64,000 bases of DNA from a virus (IMGVR_UViG_3300030108_003783:69731-133730); one strand, 5' to 3'. Shown: positions 18,045-27,134, counted from the first letter of the stretch. Numbers and translations: made by a program. The notes: generated by a model from the letters alone, not told the origin.

Positions 18045-18351
18045 CGCGCTAACCAAGTAGTTAATAATAGCGCGGGGGAAATTTAACATAAAATTAATAT
18101 ACTGTTAACATACCGATATGAAAGAAAATATATTTATTAATATGAAAAGTAAACCAATAGATATTACACCTGTGATTTACATAGTCATTATGGCTATTGT
18201 ATTTACTTTAGGTATTTTATAATAAGACAAATTGTCATATGCAATTGTTAATAACTTTTGCAAAAGTGGACAAATTGTCATATAAAATATTTGGATAAGT
18301 CGTATTTTTTGATTATATTTATATATAAATAATTAACTAATACTTACTACT

Positions 18352-18663
18352 ATGACCTATTTAAAATCATTACCTACTCTTACCGTTAAAGAACAACAAT
18401 CAGCAATAACTAATTTAGTTGTTAATTTTTTAAAAGAGCTAGGGTTTGAATATCTCGATTCCGATTATGGAAGAGATCATATCTTTGAAAATTCAAATGG
18501 CGATCAACTTACTTTCTATGCTGGTTACTTCGGTGCTAATTCTGAACCTTCTATTTTAGGGAATTGGTACAACGGAGATGACATTGATCCTTCAGCTGAG
18601 GAAGCTGTTAATCAAGTTGACACTTATCTTTCAGAACTTAAAAAATCAATCTTAAATAAATAA
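18352..18663 (+). CDS. Early hypothetical protein
   Basis: Follows operator+promoter unit. Confidence 0.7.
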   Translation: MTYLKSLPTLTVKEQQSAITNLVVNFLKELGFEYLDSDYGRDHIFENSNGDQLTFYAGYFGANSEPSILGNWYNGDDIDPSAEEAVNQVDTYLSELKKSILNK

Positions 18664-18666
18664 AAT

Positions 18667-19077
18667 ATGAATTTCGAAATTAAAGACGATCTTATATACT
18701 CTGACTATCTTAATAGCTGGGTATTCATTGAAGACTATCTACTAATGATAGTAAACGATGCTGCTGAAACAATGAAGTCTTCAGCTACATTAAAATTTGT
18801 TTCTGCTAGCGATTCAGATGGTAATCGTTGGAAGTATCCCACTATTGGAGTTTCTAATTCTCATCAAGCCGAATTGGTTTGTCAGTCTTTGCTAGACCAA
18901 GGTATTACAGCTCAGGTTGATCTTTATGAAGATGATGATGGTTATCCTGGTCAGCTAAGACAGATCTGGTCTGTTACTATTCCAGATATGGTATTCAAAG
19001 ATATTAATCTACCCAATTACGTAGACGACACAGTTTACAAATGGGATTCTGAAACAATGTCCTATGTTACCTGTTAA
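18667..19077 (+). CDS. Acidic hypothetical protein
   Basis: ORF. Confidence 0.7.
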   Translation: MNFEIKDDLIYSDYLNSWVFIEDYLLMIVNDAAETMKSSATLKFVSASDSDGNRWKYPTIGVSNSHQAELVCQSLLDQGITAQVDLYEDDDGYPGQLRQIWSVTIPDMVFKDINLPNYVDDTVYKWDSETMSYVTC

Positions 19078-19163
19078 TAACTTGTTTAAAAGTTTCTCTC
19101 TTTTTATTTGGATATGTCAAATAAATTTCTTATATTTAACTATAATTTAAAAATCACTACTAT

Positions 19164-19388
19164 ATGGCACAATGCATTAAATGTTTAGGACCTATGCCTC
19201 AAGGTCGATTAGATCTAGGATATAAGGTTTGCGTCAATTGCTCTACAACACAAGCATACAGTTGTATTGCAATCACCAATCACAAGACTGGTAATAATAT
19301 ACAAATAGTTTCTCAAGCTACTGCTTCTGCTTTTCGCAAAGCAACGCAAAGAAAGGGCTATGGTATTATGGCTGGCGTTAAAGGATAA
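19164..19388 (+). CDS. Small Zn-finger protein
   Basis: CIKC..GRLDLG..CVNC. Confidence 0.65.
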   Translation: MAQCIKCLGPMPQGRLDLGYKVCVNCSTTQAYSCIAITNHKTGNNIQIVSQATASAFRKATQRKGYGIMAGVKG

Positions 19389-19389
19389 T

Positions 19390-19497
19390 ATGAAAGGTTG
19401 TTTAACTATATTACTATTCGGTTTCCTTATTGGTACAGGTCAATGGCTTTTATTTTTTATTTGCCTTTGGCTTTTATCAATTTGTGATTGCGATTAA
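19390..19497 (+). CDS. Small hydrophobic protein (35 aa)
   Basis: Manual translation MKGCLTILLFG..CDCD. Confidence 0.4.
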   Translation: MKGCLTILLFGFLIGTGQWLLFFICLWLLSICDCD

Positions 19498-19500
19498 TTT

Positions 19501-19574
19501 GGACCGGTAGCTCAGCTGGATAGAGCATTAGCCTTCTAAGCTAACGGTCGAAGGTTCGAATCCTTCCCGGTTCA
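19501..19574 (+). tRNA. tRNA-Arg(UCU)
   Basis: Cloverleaf GGACCGG/CCGGTTC, D arm GCTC/GAGC, anticodon arm TTAGC-CTTCTAA-GCTAA, T arm GAAGG-TTCGAAT-CCTTC; CCA not encoded. Confidence 0.95.
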
Positions 19575-19598
19575 CTAACTTAAAATAAAATTACTACT

Positions 19599-20915
19599 AT
19601 GAATAAATTTAACGAAAACGGAAAAATGATTTACCACCACCCATGGAGAATGCTCCAGCACTTTGTAGAAGACATGAAAGGTACAACTTCTACATTAAAG
19701 AAAAAAGAAATAATTGAAAGATACTCTGAAAATGAGTTTGTAAAGAAATGTCTAAGATATACTCTTGACCCATTCAAGATGTATTATGTTACTAGTAAAA
19801 ATATTAAAAAGCTAGGGGAGAAATATCGTTCAGCTGAAGCTTATGAAAATATATTTGAGCTATTAGACGATTTAGATAAAAGAGTTATCACTGGCCACGA
19901 GGCAATATCAGAGGTAAATGCTTTTTGCGAAAACAAAGAAAAATTCGTTACAGATCTTGTTCATTCTATTATAGACAAGAATCTTCAAATCAGAGCTAAT
20001 GCTAAATTGATAAACAAAGTAATTCCTGGATTGATTCCTACATTCGAGTTAGCTCTTGCCAATTCTTATGATCCTAAACATGTAAACTTACAAGAAGAAA
20101 CTTGGTTAGCTTCTAGAAAATTAGATGGCGTTAGATGTATTGCTATCTGCGATTCTAATGGTAACGTTAAGTTACATTCTAGAGCTGGTAAAGAATTTGA
20201 TACATTAGATAATGTTAAAAAAGAATTAATTCAGATAATGAAACCTAATACTGTATGGGATGGAGAGATTTGTATTTTAGATAAAGAGGGTAATGAATCT
20301 TTCCAAGGTATTATGAAAGAGATACGTAGAAAAGATCATACTATACCAAACCCTACATTTTTAGTTTTCGATACTTTAACATTGGAAGAATTTAATTCTG
20401 GTACAAGCACTAGGAAGCTGTCAGAAAGACAATTAATTACGCTTAAAGGTTTCGATACTTTACAAGCTTTGGAAATGACTAAAGTAGATAGCTTTGAACA
20501 AATACAATCAATGGCTGATGAAGCAGATTCATTAGGGCACGAAGGTATTATGATTCGTAAAGATTGTGAATACAAAGGTAAGCGTTCTAATGATATTCTT
20601 AAAGTAAAGAAAATGCACGATGAAGAATATGAAATAGTTGGTTTTGATTTTGCTGATCATAGGGTTATTGAAAATGGCAAAGAAGTAAAAGAAAGAATGC
20701 TATCTCAAATATACATTGAGCACAAAGGAAACAAGGTTGGAGTTGGATCTGGCTTTTCAAAAGAGCAAAGAAGATACTACACTAAAAACTTTGATGAGCT
20801 TACAGGAAAGACAGCTACTATCCAGTACTTTGAAGAAACCTTAAACGAGGATGGACTATACTCTTTAAGATTCCCAGTTGTAAAACATATATACAACAAC
20901 GGTAGAAATTGTTAA
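19599..20915 (+). CDS. lig: ATP-dependent DNA ligase
   Basis: KLDGVR, DGE, EGIMIR, LKVK, VGSGF, LRFP. Confidence 0.93.
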   Translation: MNKFNENGKMIYHHPWRMLQHFVEDMKGTTSTLKKKEIIERYSENEFVKKCLRYTLDPFKMYYVTSKNIKKLGEKYRSAEAYENIFELLDDLDKRVITGHEAISEVNAFCENKEKFVTDLVHSIIDKNLQIRANAKLINKVIPGLIPTFELALANSYDPKHVNLQEETWLASRKLDGVRCIAICDSNGNVKLHSRAGKEFDTLDNVKKELIQIMKPNTVWDGEICILDKEGNESFQGIMKEIRRKDHTIPNPTFLVFDTLTLEEFNSGTSTRKLSERQLITLKGFDTLQALEMTKVDSFEQIQSMADEADSLGHEGIMIRKDCEYKGKRSNDILKVKKMHDEEYEIVGFDFADHRVIENGKEVKERMLSQIYIEHKGNKVGVGSGFSKEQRRYYTKNFDELTGKTATIQYFEETLNEDGLYSLRFPVVKHIYNNGRNC

Positions 20916-21000
20916 TAACTTTTTCAAAATAGTCCTCAAAAAATTTCGATAAGTCGATTTTTTTGATTATATTTATATATAAATAATTAACTAATAATAA

Positions 21001-21480
21001 ATGACAAATAAGAAAATTTTATACATTGATATGGATGGAGTCCTTTGTGACTTCGATAGTAAAGCTGCTATGTCACCAAAACATATCAAAGATAAATATG
21101 GTGATAATCTTCATCGAGTTCCTGGGTTCTATAGAGATCTCCAACCTCTGCCAGGTGCAATTAAAGCTTACAAAGAATTATGCAAACACTATGATGTTTA
21201 TATTGCTTCAACACCAAGTTGGAGTAATCCTTCATGCTGGATAGATAAGAGACTTTGGGTTCAACAATATCTCGGACAAGATGCTTACAAAAAGCTTATA
21301 CTAACAAGTAACAAAGGGTTACTTAAAGGTACTGATGATGAGGGTGAACCTTATACATTAATCGACGACAATACATGGAATGGAGTTGAAGATTTCCAAG
21401 GAGATCATATACACTTCGGAACTGATGTCAATGCTATGAACTGGGACGATGTCCTTAAATTACTTTTGCCTAATGTTTAG
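21001..21480 (+). CDS. 5'(3')-deoxyribonucleotidase (NT5C-like HAD)
   Basis: IDMDGVLCDF, STPSW, K..W, LIDD. Confidence 0.85.
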   Translation: MTNKKILYIDMDGVLCDFDSKAAMSPKHIKDKYGDNLHRVPGFYRDLQPLPGAIKAYKELCKHYDVYIASTPSWSNPSCWIDKRLWVQQYLGQDAYKKLILTSNKGLLKGTDDEGEPYTLIDDNTWNGVEDFQGDHIHFGTDVNAMNWDDVLKLLLPNV

Positions 21481-21976
21481 ATCTTGGACTACAGAAGAAA
21501 TATTATTATTAGATCAAGCTGTTAAGAATCACTTAACTACTGAAGATATTTATGAGCTTGCTAAATTGATTGATAGATCATATCAAGCAACTAGAAAGAA
21601 AATATTAGAGATTGCTAATATCATTCCTTCTAGCAGATTAGTTAAAGTGTTAAGAAGGAATGGTCAGTTAACTTATGATGAAACCTCAGATTTTCCTAAA
21701 GATATAGATCATAGTTATATACCACCTGTAATATTCAATGATGTTCTTAAAATGCGCAAGAAGAAGCTTAAACCAGGCGACAAGGTGTTGATCCGAACGA
21801 TAGAACAAATTAAAGGTATGACAGAGTTTGAAACTGATGGTGCTTTCAATTATGCTGATAAAATTATTACGGTCGGATTGGTTTCTGGTAAATCTTTTTA
21901 TGCAATAGAAGATGACAATGATTATCCTATAAGGTTCCATTTAGATTTAGTTAAAGATATTTATTATAAAGTATGA
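21473..21976 (+). CDS. Hypothetical protein with Myb-like N-terminus
   Basis: SWTTEEILLL..LAKLIDRS. Confidence 0.55.
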   Translation: MFRSWTTEEILLLDQAVKNHLTTEDIYELAKLIDRSYQATRKKILEIANIIPSSRLVKVLRRNGQLTYDETSDFPKDIDHSYIPPVIFNDVLKMRKKKLKPGDKVLIRTIEQIKGMTEFETDGAFNYADKIITVGLVSGKSFYAIEDDNDYPIRFHLDLVKDIYYKV

Positions 21977-22224
21977 CAGACAAATCTATAAATATCGAAA
22001 AGATGATTGCACTCTTTAATCATATAGCAATGAGAGAAGGGTACAATATGATTGTAAACGAAATAGACCCTTTAAAGTTTTTTAGCTCTAAAGAAAAGTT
22101 TTACAACATGATTGACAAGATGATAGAGTATTATATAGAATCTGAAGAGTACGAGAAATGCGCAATATTGTTACAAATAAAAAAACAAAATGGTTGGAAA
22201 GAACCAAAGGTTATTACAAATTAA
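21973..22224 (+). CDS. UVR-like motif protein
   Basis: YYIESEEYEKCAILLQIK. Confidence 0.55.
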   Translation: MTDKSINIEKMIALFNHIAMREGYNMIVNEIDPLKFFSSKEKFYNMIDKMIEYYIESEEYEKCAILLQIKKQNGWKEPKVITN

Positions 22225-22433
22225 TTACTAAAACATTTGGATAAGTCGAAAAAATTTATTATATTTAGTTAAAAACTTAAAATAAGTTATTACTCAATAA
22301 TCTTAACTTAATATAACTTATTAACTAATATAAAATATAACTAATATAATATTATTACAAATAGGAATTGTATATAATATTTAAGGAGGTAAGCCGAAAA
22401 TCCTTTTTAGAGTAGGCACATTTTAAAAATTAT

Positions 22434-22766
22434 ATGAAAAGATATAACAATAAATTTAGAAAGTTTGATAAGCGTACAAAGCATAATCAAAACAAACCGT
22501 TTGAACCAGGTAGATATGGTAAGAACTGGGGTAGTATTAAAGTTGAATTAGCAAAGGGTGCAAAAGCAATTAACCCTATACCACCTGCAACACAACCTAT
22601 AATTGGTACGTTGATTGTTGGTAACATGAAAGTAGATATTACTTTCTCTGAAGCAAATAGAATTATGGAGGAGTTAAACGACGCCAAACATAGATACAAT
22701 GTTGCTAGCAGAATGGGTATGTTAGATGCTACAACTGGTACTCCTAGTATTTATAGAGAAAGTTAA
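22434..22766 (+). CDS. Hypothetical protein
   Basis: ORF after promoter 22236 and a long leader. Confidence 0.7.
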   Translation: MKRYNNKFRKFDKRTKHNQNKPFEPGRYGKNWGSIKVELAKGAKAINPIPPATQPIIGTLIVGNMKVDITFSEANRIMEELNDAKHRYNVASRMGMLDATTGTPSIYRES

Positions 22767-22778
22767 AAGGAGAAAGTT

Positions 22779-22997
22779 ATGGAAAGTATATGGCTATTTA
22801 TTATTGGATTGTTAGTTGGAAGTATTTCAATGTACATCTATATGAGAAAACAAGGAGTTGAACTAAAAGAATTATACACTGATAGTTTGCTTAAAAATAA
22901 ATTCTTGAAAGAGCACGTTGAAAAATCTAAGCCAAGTAAGCCAAAGAATTGGAACAAGAAGAAAAGATACTATGGCAAATCAAAGCAACAATCTTAA
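22779..22997 (+). CDS. Single-TM protein with basic tail
   Basis: AAGGAG RBS; hydropathy. Confidence 0.65.
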   Translation: MESIWLFIIGLLVGSISMYIYMRKQGVELKELYTDSLLKNKFLKEHVEKSKPSKPKNWNKKKRYYGKSKQQS

Positions 22998-23283
22998 AGA
23001 AACTGTTATTACTATTATTAGTGAATGGGGAAAAGAGTTCACTGGTAATAGTACAACAGTAGATAAATATGATAAAGTACTAAGTTTAATATCTTGCAAT
23101 ATTAAGTTATCTTCTGATAATAGAAATTTCGATTTAAAAGAAATGAGAATAGATAAATCTACTGTATTTAATTATAAGATGAAGTATTCAACTACTGGTA
23201 ATATAAGTAAAAATGATATTTCAGAATTAAATACTATTTTTCAGAAACATAAGAAAATTGCAAAATTGCTTACTAGTAACTGA
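22972..23283 (+). CDS. Hypothetical protein
   Basis: ATG start MANQSNN preferred. Confidence 0.6.
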   Translation: MANQSNNLKETVITIISEWGKEFTGNSTTVDKYDKVLSLISCNIKLSSDNRNFDLKEMRIDKSTVFNYKMKYSTTGNISKNDISELNTIFQKHKKIAKLLTSN

Positions 23284-23291
23284 TATTTATA

Positions 23292-23516
23292 ATTGAATCG
23301 CTAGTACTTATATTAGCTGCATTTATGGACCCGGGTTCGACTCCCGGCATCTCCACTAAAAGATTTACACGATATGGGGATGATTGGTTTTGACAGAATG
23401 ATAAGGGTATAAGGATGATTCACTGCAACAACTGGCAAACAAGTTGAATATGCAATGGCTGCCTAATTAGGTACCCAGAGCAAACGGTTAACAGGGACCA
23501 CGTCGTAAAAGTCCCG
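23292..23516 (+). ncRNA. ssrA: Circularly permuted (two-piece) tmRNA; acceptor piece ~23292-23355, coding piece from 23376, tag (A)GKQVEYAMAA*
   Basis: T arm CCGGG-TTCGACT-CCCGG plus CATCTCC-A precede GGGGATG (G3.U70 pair); TGGTTTTGAC D region; tag ORF 23434-23466; outer ends approximate. Confidence 0.9.
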
Positions 23517-23550
23517 GAGGTTAGAGGTAATAATATAAAGGAGTAATACT

Positions 23551-23934
23551 ATGACACAAGATGAATGGAACAGTGCTGAAGAATATTTAGAAGGTTACAT
23601 GTTAGATTTAACATACGAAATAGTTACTCAAAAAAGAAAATTAAAAGATCTAATAAATTCTGATGAAGAAGTAATATTATCTTACGACCCATTTTTAGTT
23701 GGAGAGATAGATCAAGTTTGGTTAATAGAAGATTTGATAGATTGGTATGTTGGCGAAGAGGAATACGAAAAATGCGCTGAGCTTTTAAAGTTGAAAATAA
23801 AAGTAGAAAAGGGTATTGTAGATTTAAGTAATATTATATACTTAAGAGATGAAGATTTTATAACTGCTCAAGAAGACAATGCAATAAAAGAGCTACTAAG
23901 AAATTTATTAGATAATAACTATAATAAAAATTAG
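23551..23934 (+). CDS. Acidic UVR-like motif protein
   Basis: WYVGEEEYEKCAELLKLK; AAGGAG RBS. Confidence 0.6.
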   Translation: MTQDEWNSAEEYLEGYMLDLTYEIVTQKRKLKDLINSDEEVILSYDPFLVGEIDQVWLIEDLIDWYVGEEEYEKCAELLKLKIKVEKGIVDLSNIIYLRDEDFITAQEDNAIKELLRNLLDNNYNKN

Positions 23935-23936
23935 TT

Positions 23937-25013
23937 ATGAAAAAATATTTATTACCTATTACAATAGCACTATCGGCATTATCAGTATCTGGTTCTGCTG
24001 CATTTTATTCTGTGTTTGGTTTAAGTAAATTATTCGCCGGAGCTTCTTTTCAAGTAATAATAATGGCTGGTTCTTTGGAATTTGCTAAATTAGTTACAGC
24101 CTCTTTATTATATCAATACTGGAATACTATAAATAAGTTTATGAGGTTTTATTTATCTGTAGCAGTATTTGTTTTAATGGTAATTACTAGTGGAGGTATC
24201 TACGGTTTTCTATCTGGTGCTTATCAAGAGACTGCAACTAAGTCTGAATTTTTAGATAAATCATTATTAGTATTACAAACAAAGCAAAATAGGTTTGAAG
24301 AAAATAAAGCCGATTTAAATATAGAAAAAACTCAATTGAATAATACCATAAATGATTTAAGAACTTCTTTATCTAATCCAGCCCAAGTTCAATATGTAGA
24401 TAGAGAGTCTGGGCAATTGATAACTACAACTTCTTCATCTACGAGAAAAGCTTTACAAAAAGAATTGCAAATAACAATAGAAGATAGAAATTCTATAAAT
24501 CTAAAGCTAGAAGCTGTACAAGATTCTATTATGAGATTAGACAATGAATTGCTTGATTTAGAAATAGGTAACGAAGAACAAAGAGAATTAGGGCCATTAA
24601 AATATTTATCTGAAATAACAGGAAAAGAAATGAGTTCTGTAGTAAATTGGTTTTTGTTACTAATTATATTTGTATTTGATCCATTAGCAATTGCATTAGT
24701 AGTAGCAGCAAACTTTGCTTTTGCTCAAATAAAAAATGAAGAGAAAGAGTTTTACGTAGAACCAGAATTTTTTACAGGAGAAGTAACTGGATCTGTTCCT
24801 CCGGGGTTGAAATATAATACTCCTTACACTATGGAAGAAATTAAAGCTGCAATGGAAAGTGAAGAAGAACCTGTAAAATATGAAGTATACGGTGAAAAGC
24901 TAAATAATGACTATAAAGATTTAAAAGCAAAGTATAGAAAACAGTCAACTATACCAAATGCAGAATTTGAAAAATTAATAGATAAGTATAAAAGTTATGG
25001 CAAAGAAAACTAG
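23937..25013 (+). CDS. Multi-TM membrane protein with long coiled coil
   Basis: 3 N-terminal TMs, coiled coil, LGPLKY, IFVFDPLA. Confidence 0.75.
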   Translation: MKKYLLPITIALSALSVSGSAAFYSVFGLSKLFAGASFQVIIMAGSLEFAKLVTASLLYQYWNTINKFMRFYLSVAVFVLMVITSGGIYGFLSGAYQETATKSEFLDKSLLVLQTKQNRFEENKADLNIEKTQLNNTINDLRTSLSNPAQVQYVDRESGQLITTTSSSTRKALQKELQITIEDRNSINLKLEAVQDSIMRLDNELLDLEIGNEEQRELGPLKYLSEITGKEMSSVVNWFLLLIIFVFDPLAIALVVAANFAFAQIKNEEKEFYVEPEFFTGEVTGSVPPGLKYNTPYTMEEIKAAMESEEEPVKYEVYGEKLNNDYKDLKAKYRKQSTIPNAEFEKLIDKYKSYGKEN

Positions 25014-25554
25014 AAAAGCAACACGTATCAAAAATAAAAAGAAACTAGATCAAGAAACAGAATATATAGTACAATATAAAAAGGGTACTAAATGGAATCA
25101 AAGATCTGATACGATGTATAGATATATGTCATGTAAAGTTTGCGGACAAATGGAAGTTGTGGGAGAAACTACTACAGCAGTTACTTGTTCAGATTGCGTT
25201 ATGGAAATGGTTGAGCCACCACAACAATCAAAAAGAAAAATTTCATCGGGTCGTCCAGCTGGATGGCATTTCATGGCAGAGTATGTAGATAAAGATGGTA
25301 ACGTATTTCATAGAGGAAAAGAACAACCAAACTTGAAAGGCACAAAAGAACCTACTGTTATAGAAAAGAAACAAAAGATTTCAAAGAACGAAAGAAATGC
25401 AATGATTACTGAAGCTAATGTTAAAGTGCATAAGCTAAAAAAAGAATTATTAAAAGCTAAACTTAAAAAAGATATTAAAAGAATAAAAAGAGAAATAGCA
25501 AGGAATAGCAAAATTGGTAGAGGAAAAATACCAAGGTCTATGAGATTTAAGTAA
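24997..25554 (+). CDS. Basic Zn-finger protein
   Basis: CKVC..CSDC; GRPAGWHF. Confidence 0.65.
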   Translation: MAKKTRKATRIKNKKKLDQETEYIVQYKKGTKWNQRSDTMYRYMSCKVCGQMEVVGETTTAVTCSDCVMEMVEPPQQSKRKISSGRPAGWHFMAEYVDKDGNVFHRGKEQPNLKGTKEPTVIEKKQKISKNERNAMITEANVKVHKLKKELLKAKLKKDIKRIKREIARNSKIGRGKIPRSMRFK

Positions 25555-25627
25555 AAACATTTGGATAAGTCAAAAAAAATTGTTATATTGTATACTAATA
25601 TAAACCAACTCGTATTAGGAGAATATA

Positions 25628-25846
25628 ATGGAGCACGATAAACTTATTTACTTAAGAAGCGAATCTAGCAGAGAAGCAAAAAAGATAGAAATGGATATTC
25701 CACCAAATCTAACTATTTCCGAATTTAAAATAGTATGTAGAAGATTAGCTGCATCATTAGGTTATGGTCAAGAATCAATTGGAAAGGCTTTTGGTTATGA
25801 TAAAGAAGTTGGAAACGAAAATCAATTAAAATTATTATTAGATTAA
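25628..25846 (+). CDS. Hypothetical protein
   Basis: AGGAG RBS, promoter 25560. Confidence 0.7.
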   Translation: MEHDKLIYLRSESSREAKKIEMDIPPNLTISEFKIVCRRLAASLGYGQESIGKAFGYDKEVGNENQLKLLLD

Positions 25847-25856
25847 ATTATATATT

Positions 25857-26405
25857 ATGAAAGACTCTGTAAAATTATTTTTATGGATAGCAATGATATT
25901 TTTTATTAGTATCTATGTTATCTTAACTATGGTTAGTTATGAAAAGCAAATAGAAATATTAAAATGCGAAGTAGAAACGCAACAAAATTATATTGACAGT
26001 TTAATGTTAGAAATTGACACTCTAACATGGGAAACTGAATTATGGGATTTCAATATAGAAAATAACAAGACTCATTTATTGTCAGCATTAATATTTGTTG
26101 AAAGTGGAAACAATGATTCAGCACATGCTATAGGAGAAGATGCTGTTGGATGTTTACAAATCAGAAAAACAATGGTAGACGATGTAAATAGAATATTAAA
26201 GAGACAAGGAAAAGATTACACGTTTACATATGATGATAGATGGTTAAGAGATAAATCTATTAAAATGTTTGATATCTATTGTAAACATTATGGTCTAACA
26301 ACTGCAGAAGAAATAGCAAGATGTTGGAACGGTGGACCAAGGGGAATGAATAAAGATGCAACTGTTTATTATTGGAATAAAGTACAAGAGGAGATGAACT
26401 CATGA
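25857..26405 (+). CDS. Membrane-anchored lysozyme/lytic transglycosylase-like protein
   Basis: N-terminal TM; VESG, AVGCLQI, ARCWNGGP. Confidence 0.75.
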   Translation: MKDSVKLFLWIAMIFFISIYVILTMVSYEKQIEILKCEVETQQNYIDSLMLEIDTLTWETELWDFNIENNKTHLLSALIFVESGNNDSAHAIGEDAVGCLQIRKTMVDDVNRILKRQGKDYTFTYDDRWLRDKSIKMFDIYCKHYGLTTAEEIARCWNGGPRGMNKDATVYYWNKVQEEMNS

Positions 26406-27130
26406 ATTTAGATGAAAGAAAAATATTAGAAAATTGGAATGATTTATTAAAAGTTATTAATGACAATTTTGATGGTGAAAGAAAAAAGAATCTTAAATCA
26501 ATGTACAATAAGTTAGCTGAAAGAATGATGTTAGCACCGGCATCTGGAATAGTGCATTATCATAATTGTTTTGCTGGTGGTTATGTAGATCACGTCTTAA
26601 GAGTTATAAAATGCGCAAAGCAATTACATTTAGTATGGAAAGAAATGGGAGCTGAACAAAATTACACCGAAGAAGAATTAATATTCTCAGCACTTAATCA
26701 CGACTTAGGTAAAGTTGGAGATATGGAGCATGACTATTATATTCCAAACCCAAGTGAATGGCACAGAAAGAATCAGGGTAAGCTTTATAAGTTTAATCCA
26801 GAATTAGATTATATGTCTGTACCAGAAAGATCCTTATTCTTATTATCTCAAAATGATATTAAGTATTCGTACAACGAAGCCATGGCAATTAGATTACACG
26901 ATGGATTATATGACGATGCTAATGTACAATACTTAAAAACTTTTAATACTGATAAAGAAATTAAAAGTAATCTGCCAACGATTTTACATCATGCAGATCA
27001 TATGGCTTCAAGAATAGAACATGACAGTGTAGAGAAACCAATTGTAAAACCAAACAAGAGAGCAAAGAAAGTTGTCAGCACTGCTGGTACTTCTGCTCAA
27101 GATTTATTTAACGATTTTTTTAAGGAGTAA
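26402..27130 (+). CDS. HD-domain phosphohydrolase
   Basis: H..GGYVDH, HDLGK, RLHDG, HHAD. Confidence 0.85.
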   Translation: MNLDERKILENWNDLLKVINDNFDGERKKNLKSMYNKLAERMMLAPASGIVHYHNCFAGGYVDHVLRVIKCAKQLHLVWKEMGAEQNYTEEELIFSALNHDLGKVGDMEHDYYIPNPSEWHRKNQGKLYKFNPELDYMSVPERSLFLLSQNDIKYSYNEAMAIRLHDGLYDDANVQYLKTFNTDKEIKSNLPTILHHADHMASRIEHDSVEKPIVKPNKRAKKVVSTAGTSAQDLFNDFFKE

Positions 27131-27134
27131 AATT

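Noticed and set aside
23327-23358. Stand-alone tRNA fragment or attP site
   Set aside because: It pairs with the downstream GGGGATG and helix segments, the downstream tmRNA half has no other 3' end, and no integrase is present
6310-25591. Repeated TTTGGATAWGTC units as a CRISPR array or integron attC sites
   Set aside because: Spacing is hundreds to thousands of nt with whole genes between; they fit promoter geometry; no cas or integrase gene in the window
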